Positions 1-13,285 of a DNA stretch of 64,000 bases are shown piece after piece. The position numbers and the translations under genes were made by a program. The notes under the pieces are model-generated. The model saw nothing but the letters and a program-made list of their open reading frames with translations, was not told where the DNA came from and searched no databases. The DNA is from Callorhinchus milii (lineage: Eukaryota): NCBI RefSeq assembly GCF_018977255.1, contig NW_024704743.1, positions 89,592,001 through 89,656,000 of the forward strand. The letters run 5' to 3'. Position 1 is the first letter of the stretch. Each line of letters begins with the position of its first letter.

Positions 1-2019
1 CTGGTTGAACTAAACTTTCAATTAGATTAATTTTCCTATCCAAAATGTAAACCAACTATTCATTACAGCAGAATTGATCGAACCACAATAGGTACCTTTG
101 AGTAAGACATTAGAAGTAAAAGGAGATGAACTTTCATCTAACTAATTACAGGAAGTAACATGACTGTTTTAATACCTCTGCACTCAATCCATAATCTGCA
201 ATGTGTCCTTGAAATGTAACAACATCCTATCTGGAGTGGAGAATTGCTACAATATTTAGCATCTGCCCTGTAAATCAGGACAAATGTCCCTGTCAAATAA
301 CAGTGAACACAAGGGCAGCAAATTGAATTCAAGCTCTCTTTAGACTGACAAATCATATTCATGGACTCTTCTGCATGCCAGTATCAAAGAGATGTTCCCA
401 AGTACAGTTTCTAATGTCAAAGTCACAAAAGCACTCAGAGTGGAGTGGATTGAACTGAAGTATCTGTCAGCGGAAGTGAAATAAACTTGGCATTAGGAAG
501 GACTACACCATGAAAAGCATTCTAAATAGAGGATGCCGTTAATTATAATGGGGTTAAAAAGGAATATTTTTATTTTCTGAAGGAAATCCAATCTAATATG
601 CAGTGATTTCTAACAGAATTGCTTAATAAGGTAACAGAAAGTATGTCACAATGATCCGCAAGAACATATAGCTCTGCCACACCTTCAGTGTGGAGTTCCC
701 ACCCGTCGTCATGACCTACTCAGGAGCCGCCATTCAGATTCCTGGTCTGTCTGCAAAGGGCAGTAATAGTGCGTTTAATTTGTGCCTTAACACAGCTGTC
801 TGTATTGTACAGTAAAAATATAATAATAAATACTGCTTGAATTTGATATAGCAGTTTTCATGTTGGGAGAATTTTTCAAAGTGTTGAAGGGCACTATATA
901 AGTCCAAGTTGTTGTCTTATGCAAAAGGTGGCAGCTCAGATTTATTTACAGTTAAACCTGTCTTCAGCAACCCCTCAAGGGATTGAGCCAAAGTGGCCTT
1001 TATTTAAGGGTGGCCTCTGAGTAAGAAATCATGTGTGTGCAAATCAGGCTCCCTGGGCTGTTCCAGGGTGGTGGTGGTTAACGACAACAATAACAACAAC
1101 GTGCAGGTTATGGTTACTGAATGAAAGTGGTTGCCTGAACAGGTTTGACATATTACACAGCAGTTACCAACTCTTACCCGATACAATTTGGTGAATAGGA
1201 GAAAGATGTTATTCTCTTCAAAAGAGAAGGTTGGATGAAGATGCCTCTTTAACCTATTAGAGCATTCTTCTAATTTTTGATCGTAAGCTGTTCGTAAATG
1301 AGACACAGTATCAAATGAGGAGGGAAAAACACAAGTGAGGAGATATATCAAATGCCTAATTATCAGATTTAGGAATAAGTGATCAAAACAAAGCTAGACA
1401 CTGAGGTAATGTTGCAAACTAAAGATAGTGGTTATTATAATGATATGATGTTTTGCTGCATTGAGAAAGAGAGATCTCCCAGTGTCCTGGCCAACAATCC
1501 CCCTCCCAAGATAAAATTAGTCATTCACTTCAAGGTTGTTTGTGGGACCTCGGCTCCCATGTTCACAGTCACTAGACTTTATAGTAAAGAGATTTGAGAC
1601 ATTTGAACAATGTGATAAGACGTTTTATCAAATGCAAAGGATTATATTATTTATTATAATAAAAGAGGTGCAATTGCGGAAATATTTGCCCCAAATTGCA
1701 GGGCATTTAGCCGATGTTCTGGGAAATTGCAGATGAATTGGGTGAATTTTGTGGAGGGTTGATTGGTGCTATTGAGTTACATTTTACTGCCAACCTACAT
1801 TTTTTCACTTTATTGATAAAAATAAAACATTATTGATAAAAGCTAAATATGAGAAAATAACACATATTAGATTGTGGCAAAAAAAGAAATAAATTTCTTC
1901 TTGAACCAAAACGAAGTAACCCATTTGGGGGTGAGTGGGGGGGACACAAGTGCAGGCCAGTGTCGTGACTGTGTAGCTACAGGAGCTCACCACCTCCTGC
2001 CTCTCAGGGTACAGCACCT

Positions 2020-2378
2020 CATAGAGACACACAGAGAGAGAAACACACACAGGCACACAGAAAGACACACATTCTCTGAGAGAGAAAAGCAGACACACAC
2101 ACACACACACTCACAAACAGAAAGAGAGAGAGATACACACACACACACATTCACAGAGACACTCACAAACACATACAGAGGAGAGACACACACTAAACAT
2201 AGACACACACATTTATAAAGAGACACACTCACATAGACACACACATAGAGAGGCACACTCACACACACATAGAGAGAGAGACACACTCACACATAGACAC
2301 ACACACACATAGAGAGAGACACACACTCACATAGACACACACACACATATAGAGAGAAAGACACATACACAATCACAA
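2020..2378. repeat. Compound (CA)n/(GA)n microsatellite
   Basis: Interleaved acacac and agagag tracts. Confidence 0.95.
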
Positions 2379-2589
2379 CAGTGGGGCCTCCGAGTGTAGC
2401 AAAGCCCATTTCTCCCTTGCGCCACCCTACCATGTGCAGCCGCCCGCATTGAGTAAACAACTGTCAGCAATGCGGAGAGGCCAGAAACTTCATGTTTTAG
2501 TGTTTTATAGTGGAGGGAGTTTATAGTGGATTTTCTATTGACCCAGCCATTCCTCTAACACTGGGGATCATCCTTGCTGCTCTCCTCCT

Positions 2590-3090
2590 GTGCACTACCT
2601 CTAGGGCTTGTCCTATGTCACAGTGACCAGCACTGTTTGCAGTATTCAAGGTGCAGCCTGACCAGAGCATGATGTCTGGGGATCTAAACTCAACTCATTT
2701 AGCTCAGCATTCTGTTTGTCTTGTTTATTGATTTAATTGCATCATTCCAGAATATTTACCCGACTGTCTTCTTATTGCAACACCGAGCTGTTTCTTAAAT
2801 GAGAATTCTTAAATGGCCTCAACCACTCTTCCTGGAAACTGTTCCTTCTATTGATTACCTTCTGTGTAAAGAAAAGCTTCCTAATGTCAGTCATAAAATT
2901 GCTCTTCATAATCTTGATCTGGTGGCTTCTTATGCACCAGAAACTATAGTGTTTACTTTCTCAAAGCCATTTAGCATCTTGTAGACATCACTTTTCAAGG
3001 CTAAAAAGCTCTATTATATCTAGTGGTTCCTCATAGCTCACACCTCTAACACAGAATCAATCTTATAGTTCTCCTCTTCACAGCCCCTGT
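2590..3090 (-). mobile_element. Old degenerate CR1-like LINE fragments
   Basis: Resembles the reverse complement of the CR1 RT C-terminal region (gtattcaaggtgcagcctgaccagagc; ttcctcatagctca). Confidence 0.5.
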
Positions 3091-3301
3091 CCTTGCATTT
3101 GAACAAAGAATTGTGTGGTGTCAGCAAGGAAATCTACAGATTGGTGTATTTCTTTTCCTTAAAGTCTTTTGCCATTTGCTTTGCAAGTGCTTTGACACAT
3201 AGGACCTCAATTGAGTTATAGTCACAGGAGAAGATGGATACATGGCTTAAACTTTGCATGGAATAAGGGCAGTAAATCACTTAGAATAAAATACTCTACA
3301 G

Positions 3302-3472
3302 TGTGAATGCCATCCATTCAACAGTCAAAGACATAACATCAATGAAGCAATTGACCAGTTTCTCACAGGCTTGAGTGGATTTCTAAAAAATGTGCATGAA
3401 CATCTTTTAGAGGCTATATTACAAGCAGCCGGGATCAGAAATTATGACAGAAGATTATGGAAGACAATTTAA
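3302..3472 (+). mobile_element. Degenerate Ty3/Gypsy gag-like remnant
   Basis: CECHPFNSQRHNINEAIDQFLTGL...AGIRNYDRRLW resembles the Gypsy gag pattern ERHxFxxRxQxxxExIDQ(Y/F)xTxL...GIRD. Confidence 0.4.
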
Positions 3473-4269
3473 CTCTTCAACAATTATAAAATAATAATTA
3501 CCTTTGCCTTTGATATAGCTTCTATAATATTGGGAATGTCTCAAAGCCCTTCACAATGTGAATGTCTTCACAAAGTTGCTGTAAAGGTGCTTTTTGGTCA
3601 GCCGGGCGCCTGCCACATGCAGAAACCATCACCATGCTTAAGAACAGCCAAACCAAAAGCCTGATCAGCTCCAAGGAGACCCCATTTACCTCTCCCCAAA
3701 GGACATAAATCTGTCTGCTTACCGCATTATGCTTTTATGAGATAATGTTGGGCCAAAACAACCTTTGCAGTGTTTTTTGCTCTAGAGTGTAGTCCCAGCG
3801 TATTTCTAATGTGCAAGGATGAAATGGCTCAATACCAGAGGTATTCTCCACAGCAGGAGTTGACCTGTCCTTAGCTAATGCTAAAGAGTATTACTGGAGT
3901 ACATAATACTTCACTATTTGTGATTCTTTGAATGAGTACAATCTCCTGATACTATGACTACCCACTCACCAGTCACGCAAAATCACAAGAGGCAACGTAG
4001 CAGTATAGAGGCAACAAATGATGACTCGAATAATATAATCGTGCAAACGGGTCATCATCATAGGAAACAAGGCTATCATAAGAATTCTACATTCATGTAC
4101 AGTGGATGATCTAAACATTCATGCAGCACTGGTCAGATATAGGTTACTATCAGTCATTGTCTGCCTTTTCGGGCAGGTGATAAAGATCCCATGGCACCAA
4201 TCGAAAAGGGAAAAGAGAAGTGTGTTTCTCTACTTCAAAATTAGATTTTGAATTAAAATTAGATTAGAC

Positions 4270-5082
4270 TGGATCGCGCCAGGCGCTGGCAGCATCAGCA
4301 TCCACGGCTTCACACTCAACCTCACAAAGCCAGTCAGAAACCTACGTGTCTTGTTTGACCCTGAACTGTTCTTTCTCCCCCATATCCGCGCCATGACCAA
4401 CACTGCCTACCTCCACTTCCGCAACTTTGCCAGACTCCGCCACTGCCTCACCCCAGGCTGCCGAAACCCTCACCCACGCATTTGTCACGTCAAGGCCCGA
4501 CTACAGGAACTCCCTCCTCATTGGCCTTCCCAACTCTTCCCTTCACAAGCTGCAGATCATCAAAAACTCTACAGCTCGTGTACTCTCACGCACCAGGCTC
4601 CGTGACCCCATCACTCCCACCCTCGCCCAACTCCACTGGCTCCCCATCCTTCAGAGGATCGAGTTCAAGATCCTCGTCCTCACTTTCAAGGTCATCCATG
4701 GCCTTACCCCCTAATACCTCTCTAACCTGCTGACTCCCTACCAACCTGCCCGCTCCCTCCGTTCAGCGGGCTCCAGCCTGCTCCATGTCTCCCGCCTGAC
4801 CCGCCCTACCATTGGTGGCCGGGCTTTCAGCCTCTCTGTCCCCACACTCTGTAACTCCATCCCACAGTCCCTTCACCTTGCTTACCCCCTTGCCTCCTTC
4901 AAGGCCAGTCTCAAAACCCTCCTCTTCGATCATGCCTTCAGTCGCCTTCCCATTTCTCTGCCTTCCCTCACCCCTTCCCCACCCCTCCCCCATGCTCGGG
5001 TCCTGACCCCTGACTGTCCAGAGGATGTCCTCCCAACGTGAGAGACACTCTGCAAACGTAATTTTGTTGTTGTTGTTGTTGT
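4270..5082 (+). mobile_element. L2-clade LINE 3' fragment
   Basis: AETLTHAFVTSRPDYRNSLLIGLP...LHWLPILQRIEFKILVLTFK; ends in (ttg)n tail. Confidence 0.9.
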
Positions 5083-6124
5083 AGAGAAGACAAGATGGGT
5101 GACATTTTGGAGTAAGAGGAAAGAGCAATGAAGGAAAGAGGAATCCTTGCTGACACCGAATTAATATAATCCTGGATCTATATTTACACCATTATTGCAC
5201 CACACACAACTAGTTGCACTTGACAAAGGTAACAGAAATCAGTATCTGATGGAAATTGGATTGTGAAGATCATCAGTTTGTTTTGCGATGGTGATCTATC
5301 CTCCTTATCATCCAGTAAAACGAACTTAGTAGCAACTGTACAATCAATACACCACTTGTTCAATTTATGTCAAATACCCAGTATCAACACTGAATAATTT
5401 CCTAGCACTCATTGTAGCCCAGTAATTGGAGCCAAGTTGCACACATACATTTCTATACAGCAGGAAATTGAGTAGAGCTTCTTCATATAGATTTTCCACA
5501 CTAGACAAAAATTCACAGCATCACCCAAAAAAAGAGAGGTGGGTTGTCACACTCGTAACATGCCCTTTGACCATGTTTCAGCCATCTTTTCCCTCCTCAA
5601 TTCAGCTCCCCATCTCCAATTTGGGTTCCCAATCAGCTCTGTGAAGTGGTCCCAATGTGAAAATTATTATATAAATGTAAATTGGTGTTGGTTATTGCAT
5701 GTCATCAGATATAAGTAACTATCAGATCAGGCAGATGATAAAGATCCCATAGCACTAATCGAAAAGAGAAGTGTATTTCTCTCTGTCCTATTGGTCAGAT
5801 GTTGCCCAGGCAAAATAATTTATTTCAAGGCAATTGTTGTGCACAAATTGGAAGCCATCTTAGCCTATACATATGCAGTCACTACATCTTACAATAAATC
5901 CTGTGAAGTACTTTGATACACTTCAATAATGTGAAAGTGATAAATTAAATGCAAGGAAATGCATAGCCACTGCTTAATGTTGCTTTGACATTGTAGATGT
6001 CGCAGAAGTTTCAAAACTTAAATGTTTGTTAATTTATTTTTATGAGACATTTGTGGTATTATACAGCCCGTCGTTCACTACAGTTAGAACCGCACGAAGA
6101 TTTATCACGTGTAGTGTTACTCAC

Positions 6125-6201
6125 TTAAGATTTACCACTTTCGGTAAAGATGGGAGAAGTATTGATGGACTTGTATCTAGTACTGTGTGTAATGCTGCCA
6201 T
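6125..6201 (-). CDS. Candidate first coding exon of an unidentified downstream gene (weakly CNBD1-like N-terminus)
   Basis: caagATGG Kozak context, MAALHTVLDTSPSILLPSLPKVVNL+AA, donor gtgagt at 6124-6119, possible acceptor ttttctctcag just before 6221. Confidence 0.35.
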
Positions 6202-7174
6202 CTTGTGGATATTTCAACTAACTGAGAGAAAACTGAAATATAAGCTGTTAACACATGATATATTTTTGAAAGAATTGACCACTCAAATTTTACGTTCGTC
6301 ATGACTTCAAAAATAGCATACCTATAAATGTTACCAATATGATGCGTTCAAATGTAGTTCATCAAGGATGCAATGTGGCACCAAAATCCATTGTCAATTT
6401 CTTGAAGAGGTGACTGAGGCTTCTGCGATGGCTCGGTGAGTATATTCAGTGAACAACTAAGCAATACAGAACTGGAGGATCCCAGGTTTGATCCCCGCTG
6501 TGTGTTGATGAGCTGTTCTCATGTGAACCGGATTTACTTGGGTGAGCTTCTGGAGGCTGCATAAATGAAGGAGAAAATAAAGACAGAAGGGGAGTAAATC
6601 AAAAAAAGAGTAGCGAGACCAAATCAAATTGTCGGAAATTACTTTGGAGTCATTCCATTCCCACTGGTGTAGGGGAAGTATTCATGCAAGTTCACTATGA
6701 TACTCAAATGATTGAAATTACAGGCATTGTCAATAAATGATAGATAGTATAATATCTGTGCTGCACTTTAGAGTTCTCTGGAACACCATCCCAGAGTCCC
6801 TTTAATAATAATAATAATCCTTGCATTTGATACAGCGCCTTTCACGTCATCAAGACATCTCAAAGTGCTTCACAGGGTATACTGTAAAGTGGAAAAACTG
6901 TGTATTACTCTAGCAAAATGCTCATTAAGATCCTTTTACATTTTAAATTTTAGATCCTTTGCCTCACCCCTTCCCTTGCCTCCTTCAAGGTCGTTCTCAA
7001 TACCTTCCAATGTTAAGACCAAGTCCTTCCGATGTTAAAGACGCTATATAAATGCAATTTGTTGTTGTTGTTGTCTGTTGTGGAGGTACAGCCATTAAAA
7101 ATTGTACAATTATGATTCAGTTTGAGTAGATTCTACATTTGTCAATGAAATAGCCATTGAACTAGAAAGAGTTC

Positions 7175-8058
7175 TGGTTGAGAACTAAGTTTCTTCATTT
7201 GAATGTCAACAAAACCGAGGCTCTCCTGATTGGCTCCCATCGGCGCCTCCTCACCTTAGGTGCTGATAGCATCACCATCCAAGGATGCACACTCCACCTC
7301 ACTGAACCAGTCTGGAACCTTGGCATTTTGTTTGACCCTCAACTATCCTTTCTACGCCACATTTGTACCATGGCTCGCTCTGTCTTCCCCCACCTCCGCA
7401 ATATCGCCCGGCTCCGCCACTGCCTCACAGTTCTGGGCGCCAAAACCCTCATACATGCATTCAGAAGATCCAGGCTTGACTATGCAAACTCCCTGCTTGT
7501 CGGCCTCCCCAACTCCTCCCTCCATAGGCTGCAGATCATCCAGAACTCTGTAGCCTGTATCCTCTCCTGCACCAAGTTCCATGACCCTATCATACTCATC
7601 CTCATCCAACTCCACTGGCTTCCCATCACACAGAGGATACAGTTCAAGATCCTGGTCCTCAACTTGAAAGCTCTCCATGGCCTCGCTCCCCCCTACCTCT
7701 GTGACCTCCTAACTCCCTACTAACCTGCCCACTTACTCTGCTCAGCGGGCTCCAGCCTGCTTCACATCCCCCACCTCGCCTGTCCCACCATTGGAGGGTG
7801 AGTCTTCAGGCACTCTTCCCCCACCCTCTGAAACTCCATCCTGAAGTTCCTCCACCTTGCCCCTCCCATGCCTCCTCCAAGACCCATCCAAGACCCTCCT
7901 CTTCAACCGTGCCTGCGATCGCCCTCCTTCCTCCCTTGCCCTCCACCCTCCCCGATCCCGACCCCCAGCTTGGGTCCAAAACGCTGACTGTCCAGTGCTT
8001 TAGGAGGTTCTCCCAATGTGAAAGGCGCTACACAAATGCAATTTTGTTGTTATTGTTG
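7175..8058 (+). mobile_element. L2-clade LINE 3' fragment
   Basis: ORF 7178-7723 FLHLNVNKTEALLIG...SRLDYANSLLVGLP...LHWLPITQRIQFK; (ttg)n tail. Confidence 0.92.
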
Positions 8059-8059
8059 C

Positions 8060-8803
8060 ATGGATGTCCATTGTTGCACACTTCAACTCACCGCCAGTCA
8101 GGAACCTAGATGTCTTGTTCAACCTTCAACTGTCTTTTCTTCCCCACATCCAAGCCATGACCCACTCTGCCTTCCCTCACCTGCGTAACATCACCTGACT
8201 CCACCACTATCTCACCCCTCAGGCCGCTGAAACTCTTGTTCATGCCTTCATCACCTCCAGGCTCGACTATGCATATGCCCTGCTTGTCAGCCTTCCCAAC
8301 TCCTCCCTCCACAGGCTGCAGATAATCCAGAACTCTGTGACCCATCTCCCCCACTCTCGCCCGACTCCATTGGCTCCCTATCCTTCAGAGGATCCAGTTC
8401 AAGATCCTGGTCCTCACCTACAAAGCCCTCCATGGCCTCGCTCTACTCTACCTCTGTGACCTCCTAACCCCCTACCAACCCGCCCGCTCCCTCCACTCAG
8501 CCGGCTCTGGCCTGCTCCACATCCCCCGACCCACCCACCCCACCATTGGCAGGAGAGTCTTCAGCCAGTCTGTCCCCAACCTCTGGAATTCCATCTCCCA
8601 ATCACTCCGCCTCGCCCCCTCCTTAGCCTCCTTAAGTCCCGCCACAAGACCCTCATTTTCGACCATGCCATCGGCCACCCGCCATCCCCTCCCTTCTCCC
8701 CCCCTGACCCCAGCTCAGGTCTGGAATGCTATACACTGTCCAGCTCCTTGGGACGTCCTCCCGACGTGAAAGGCGCTATACAAATGCAATCTTGTTGTTG
8801 TTG
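8060..8803 (+). mobile_element. Second L2 3' fragment, head-to-tail with the previous one
   Basis: Same RT C-terminal and 3'UTR sequence, tail aaatgcaatcttgttgttgttg. Confidence 0.9.
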
Positions 8804-9569
8804 AGATTGTTCCTTGGACCCACAATGTTTTCTTCCAGGTCATTCCTGTGTTTAAGAAGCATCAAATAGTGTAGGTTTCAAATTTTTCTAGAAAATATTA
8901 TTTCATTACCAGACCTGAAAAAAAGTTCAAGTTGAAAGGATGTCTCAAAGAGCTTCACACATTTGACTTGGAGCCGAGGAGAGAGCAGCCAAGGAGAGAC
9001 TGTTTGTTTGATTCAGTCACTGATTTCAGTGTAAATACTCTTTTTTTCCAGTATGTTTAACTTGAATTCAGAGGCAATAGGATATAAATTTAGCCTTTTC
9101 TAACATTCTGGTATTCTTAAAGTATAAGCAGCACTGTGTCACTCTGACCTGTGGTGCCTCTGCTCCAACCTAATCTACTTCCCAAGCAGAGATCTGGCAG
9201 GTCAGCACAGCCCGGTTAACAAAGAGAGTCCACATTTCAGATTTGGAGTCATTTTCAAGTATTCTTACCCGAAATTACCACAATCCCAATATTCAACAGT
9301 AATCCTTCAGAAATCGCATTCACTTTGTCAGATACTGATCCATTCCTGATGTCTTTCAACACAGAGCAAGGGTTTATAGGCATTGGTTTATTCTTGCCTC
9401 TTCTGTAAATTGACTGTAAATGGGAATTCATGATGCCCTTTCTCCTCCAAAGATACAAGTAAAGAAATGTATTTTGGAGGACAAGTTTGCAGAGCTAAGG
9501 GGAGAGCGCGAGGGAGTAGGATTGAATTGGATAGCTCTTTTCAAAGAACCGGCACAGACACGATGGGCA

Positions 9570-9888
9570 ATAATAATAATAATAATCCTTGCATTTGATA
9601 TAGCGCTTTTCACATCTTCTCGACGTCTCAAAGTGCTTCACACAATATGATGTAAAGTGAATTGACTGTCTATTTACGGACGAAATGCGGCAGCCAATTG
9701 CGCACAGAAGTGTCCCACAAACAGTCGTGGATCGAAAATGACCAATTTATTATTGTTTTGGTTTGGAGGGATTATTATTGGCCGTGTGAAGTAAGGAAAC
9801 TTGCCCAAGGTTTCGCTCTGCCTGGAATTGAACCAAGGTGTCTCGCTTGCATGGCGAGTGCTCTAACCACGGAGCTACAGGACTCCAC
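9570..9888 (-). mobile_element. tRNA-derived SINE (short variant), inserted at the end of a CR1 tail fragment at 9460-9568
   Basis: A/B-box head, Deu-like body, L2-like tail ending (att)n. Confidence 0.9.
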
Positions 9889-10767
9889 GATATGATATGC
9901 ACTCACATTCAAAGGTCAAAATTTTCCAACAAGGAGAGAACCACCATGATTCTTAGTCATGCAACTGATCTGAAATAAAGACTAAGTAGCAATCTAGGCA
10001 AGTCAGTCATTTAGTGAGGTTTGTGTCAGTCTCTCTCAGACTCACTCAGATCTCACTGATATGACAACCATAAGTTGTTACCAGCAGCACATCTGTTAAC
10101 ATATTGAAGACAAAGCACTTCCTATGATTTAATCAGATGGCATATTGATTCATTCGCCCCATGGGCCAGCCTAATAACTATACGATGAAGTTCAATGTGC
10201 TTGAGCAGCAGTATTCTGTTGTTGGTCTATATCTCGTATTTTCACATTTTTTAAGATGAGTGACATATTTCAATGAGTTCATATTTCATAACGACTTCTG
10301 TGATCAATGATGCATATATTGAATTGTCATTTTTCATCCCAACTCATTGATAAACAACAGTTGAGAGTTAGAAGTCAGTGCCAAAACATCACTCACTCAT
10401 GTTGGAAGTCAAATAATTTCCATAGCACATATACGGTGACAGTTATCAGATGTTATAGATCTCACATGTGCACTGCGGGCCAGATCAGATTAGCAGCTCC
10501 TTTTGCAAAGTGGTGTTACCAACTTACGTTTTGCCATCTAATTTGATTTCTGGCTATTTACGATTCCAGAAAGCCACTAAAGTGGGGAAATAAATTAAAG
10601 TAAACAAGGCCAATGATATCTTGCTCTCAGACTTTCAGTATTTTAGACACATTCAGAAACTGGATTTAGCCATCTTGCAAAGAGTGCAAAGCTTTCCGCA
10701 AGTTGCAAATGGTAGCTATAATGAATGCTTCCCTTTTCATTTACAAAGATTGTAAAATAGATCTCTA

Positions 10768-11055
10768 TTAATAATAATATACAATATAATAATTCTTGCA
10801 TTTGATATAGCGCTTTTCACGTCTTCTCGACGTCTCAAAGCACTTCACAGAATAGACTGTAAAGTGAATTGACCGTAATTTTGTGGGCAAAACGCGGCAG
10901 CCAATTGCGCACAGCAGTGTCCCACAAACAGTCGTGGATTGAGTGACCAATTTATTATTGTTTTTGTTTTAGAGGAATAATTATTAGGCGTGTGAAGTAA
11001 GGAAACTTGCCCAAGGTTTCGCCCTGACTGGAATTGAACCCAGGTGTCTCGCACT
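10768..11055 (-). mobile_element. tRNA-derived SINE, 5'-truncated
   Basis: Same family as 12964-13285. Confidence 0.88.
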
Positions 11056-11619
11056 TAAAGTAAGTCCACCATTGTCCTGGCAACCAGGACTGTCTTGGTA
11101 CAAGAATCCTCTGCAACAGGATGCCTGGATGTAGGATCCCCAGGTAAGACAGCTATAGACTCTATGAGTAAAATTACAATTTAAAAGGCAAGGTTCCAGT
11201 TTGCAGTCGCTTCCAGGCTAAACACATCAATCAGCAACCACTTGGCCTTCTGTCAATCATAAGGGTGGCTCCATCTACATCCGTCATTACTATTTCAAAT
11301 GAGAAAATAACTTTCTAACCAAAAAAAGAAACAAAGGGTTTGGTCTGAACAATGTGTGTGAGGGACCACTGCTGAATGCAGTGAAAAACCTGAAGCCAAT
11401 TTTATTTAATCAAAATGTCCACTTTCTAGTCATGGCAGTCTTCAAAATAAATACCCGCAGAAAACAAATGAGCTATGCGCCCAATATGAAAAACATAGTT
11501 TCAAAGATGAGGCATTTACCTGAATGACATTAAGTTTAAACCAGTTTATTTGCAGTTCACTGTCTAAGTCAACGAACACCTAATTTGGTTACTCAATCCA
11601 CGACTGTTTGCAGGACACT

Positions 11620-12442
11620 GCAGATGGGCAGACAAGTGGTAGATAAAGTTTAATGTGGAGAAATGCAAAGTGCATTTTGGGAGGAAGAATGAGAAGGGGC
11701 AATATAAGCTAGATAGTAGAATCTTAAAGGGGATGAAGGAACTGAGAGATTTGGGGGTTCATATAAATAAATCTTTGAAGGTGGCAGGACAGATAGATAA
11801 AGCTGTTAAAAAAAGCATACGGGATACTAGGCTTTATAAATAGGGGCATAGAATACAGAAGTCACGAAGTTATGATGAACCTTTATAAAACACTGGTTAG
11901 GCCTCAGCAAGAGACTGTGTTCAGTTCTGGACACCACACTTTAGGAAGGATGTCAAGGCATTGGAGATGGTGCAAAGGAGATTTACCAGGATGGTACCAT
12001 GAATGAGGGACTGTAGTTATGAGGAGAGGCTAGAGAAGCTAGGGTTATTCTCCTTGGAGCAGAGAAGATTAAGAGGGGACTTAATAGAAGTTTTCAAATT
12101 TATGAGGGGATTCGATAGGAAGAGAAGGAGAAACTATTCCCACTGGCAGGTGGGTCGGTAACCCGAGGACATAGTTGTTAAAAGAAACAGGGGGCAGGTG
12201 AGGAGAAAATTTTTCACACAGCGAGTTGTTCGAATCTGGAATACATTGTCTGAAAGAGTGGTGGATGCCAATTCGAAAACAACTTTTAAGCAGAGTAGAT
12301 AATTATTTGGATAGGGCAAGTTTCCAGGGCCATGGGGATAGAGGGGGGAAATGGGATTGATTTGGATAGCTCTTTTCAAAGAGCCGGCACAGACACAATG
12401 GGTCAAATAGCCTCCTTCTGTGCTGTGTAATTCTATGATTAA
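11620..12442 (+). mobile_element. CR1 LINE 3' fragment
   Basis: [37 protein letters not shown] motifs; 3' end cctccttctgtgctgtgtaattctatgatt. Confidence 0.92.
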
Positions 12443-12569
12443 TAAGTGCACTTAATTGCTATTTTTGGGGGAAATAAGGTCTGCAGAATAATTCAGTGTA
12501 GATAAACAGCAGCAATTATATCGATTTACATCATGATTTACTTCTGCATAGTTACAGAGATGATTGCAC

Positions 12570-12913
12570 AATAATAATAATATTCCTTGCATTTGATATA
12601 GTGCCTTATCATGTCTTTGAGGCGACTCAAAGCGCTTCACAGAATATACTGTAAAGTGTATTGACTTATATTTTGTGGGCGAAAATAGCAGCCGATTGTG
12701 CACAGTAGTGTCCCACAAACAGCCGTGGATTGAGTGACCACATTTTTTTAAAAAGAATCCGCCAATCAACTAACAACTGGGTTCCAATTTACTGCTAGGT
12801 AAACAGAGGCAAGTGGAGTAAGGAAACTTGCCCAATGTTTCGCCCTGCCCGGGAATCAAACCCAGGTCTCTCCTTTGTAATACGAGTGCTCTGACCACTG
12901 AGCTACAAGACTC
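12570..12913 (-). mobile_element. tRNA-derived SINE (long variant)
   Basis: Head plus extra segment gcctctgtttacctagcagtaaattggaacccagttgttag, Deu-like body, (att)n tail. Confidence 0.88.
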
Positions 12914-12963
12914 TAATGAATGACTCTGCATGTTTCTACGCAATTAGCCGAGTATTCGACATA

Positions 12964-13285
12964 TAATAATAATAATAATAATCCTTGCATTTGATATAGC
13001 GCTTTTCACGTCGGGAGGACGTCCCAAAGCGCTTCACAGAATATACTGTAAAGTGAATTGACTGTATATTTGTTGGCGAACGCGGCAGCCAATTGCGCAC
13101 AGCAATGTCCCACAAACAGTCGTAGATTGAAAATGACCAATTTATTATTGTTTTGGGTTTGGGAGGGATTATTATTAGGCGTGTGGAGTAAGGAAACTTG
13201 CCCAAGGTTTCGCCCTGCCTGGAATTGAACCCAGGTGTCTTGCTTGCAAAGCAAGTGCTCTAACCACTGAGCTACAGGACTCCAC
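12964..13285 (-). mobile_element. Full-length tRNA-derived SINE (short variant)
   Basis: ggagtcctgTAGCTCAGTGGttagagcacttgctttgcaagcaagacacctgGGTTCAATTCC head; body gtgggacattgctgtgcgcaattggctgccgcgtt; tail gcgctatatcaaatgcaagg(att)n. Confidence 0.93.

Noticed and set aside
1805..2286. ORFs of 99-114 aa
   Set aside because: Translations of the CA/GA microsatellite
13205..13285. tRNA-Ala/Val-like genes (also at 27890, 31966, 62031)
   Set aside because: These are SINE heads: each continues into a shared SINE body and has no proper acceptor stem
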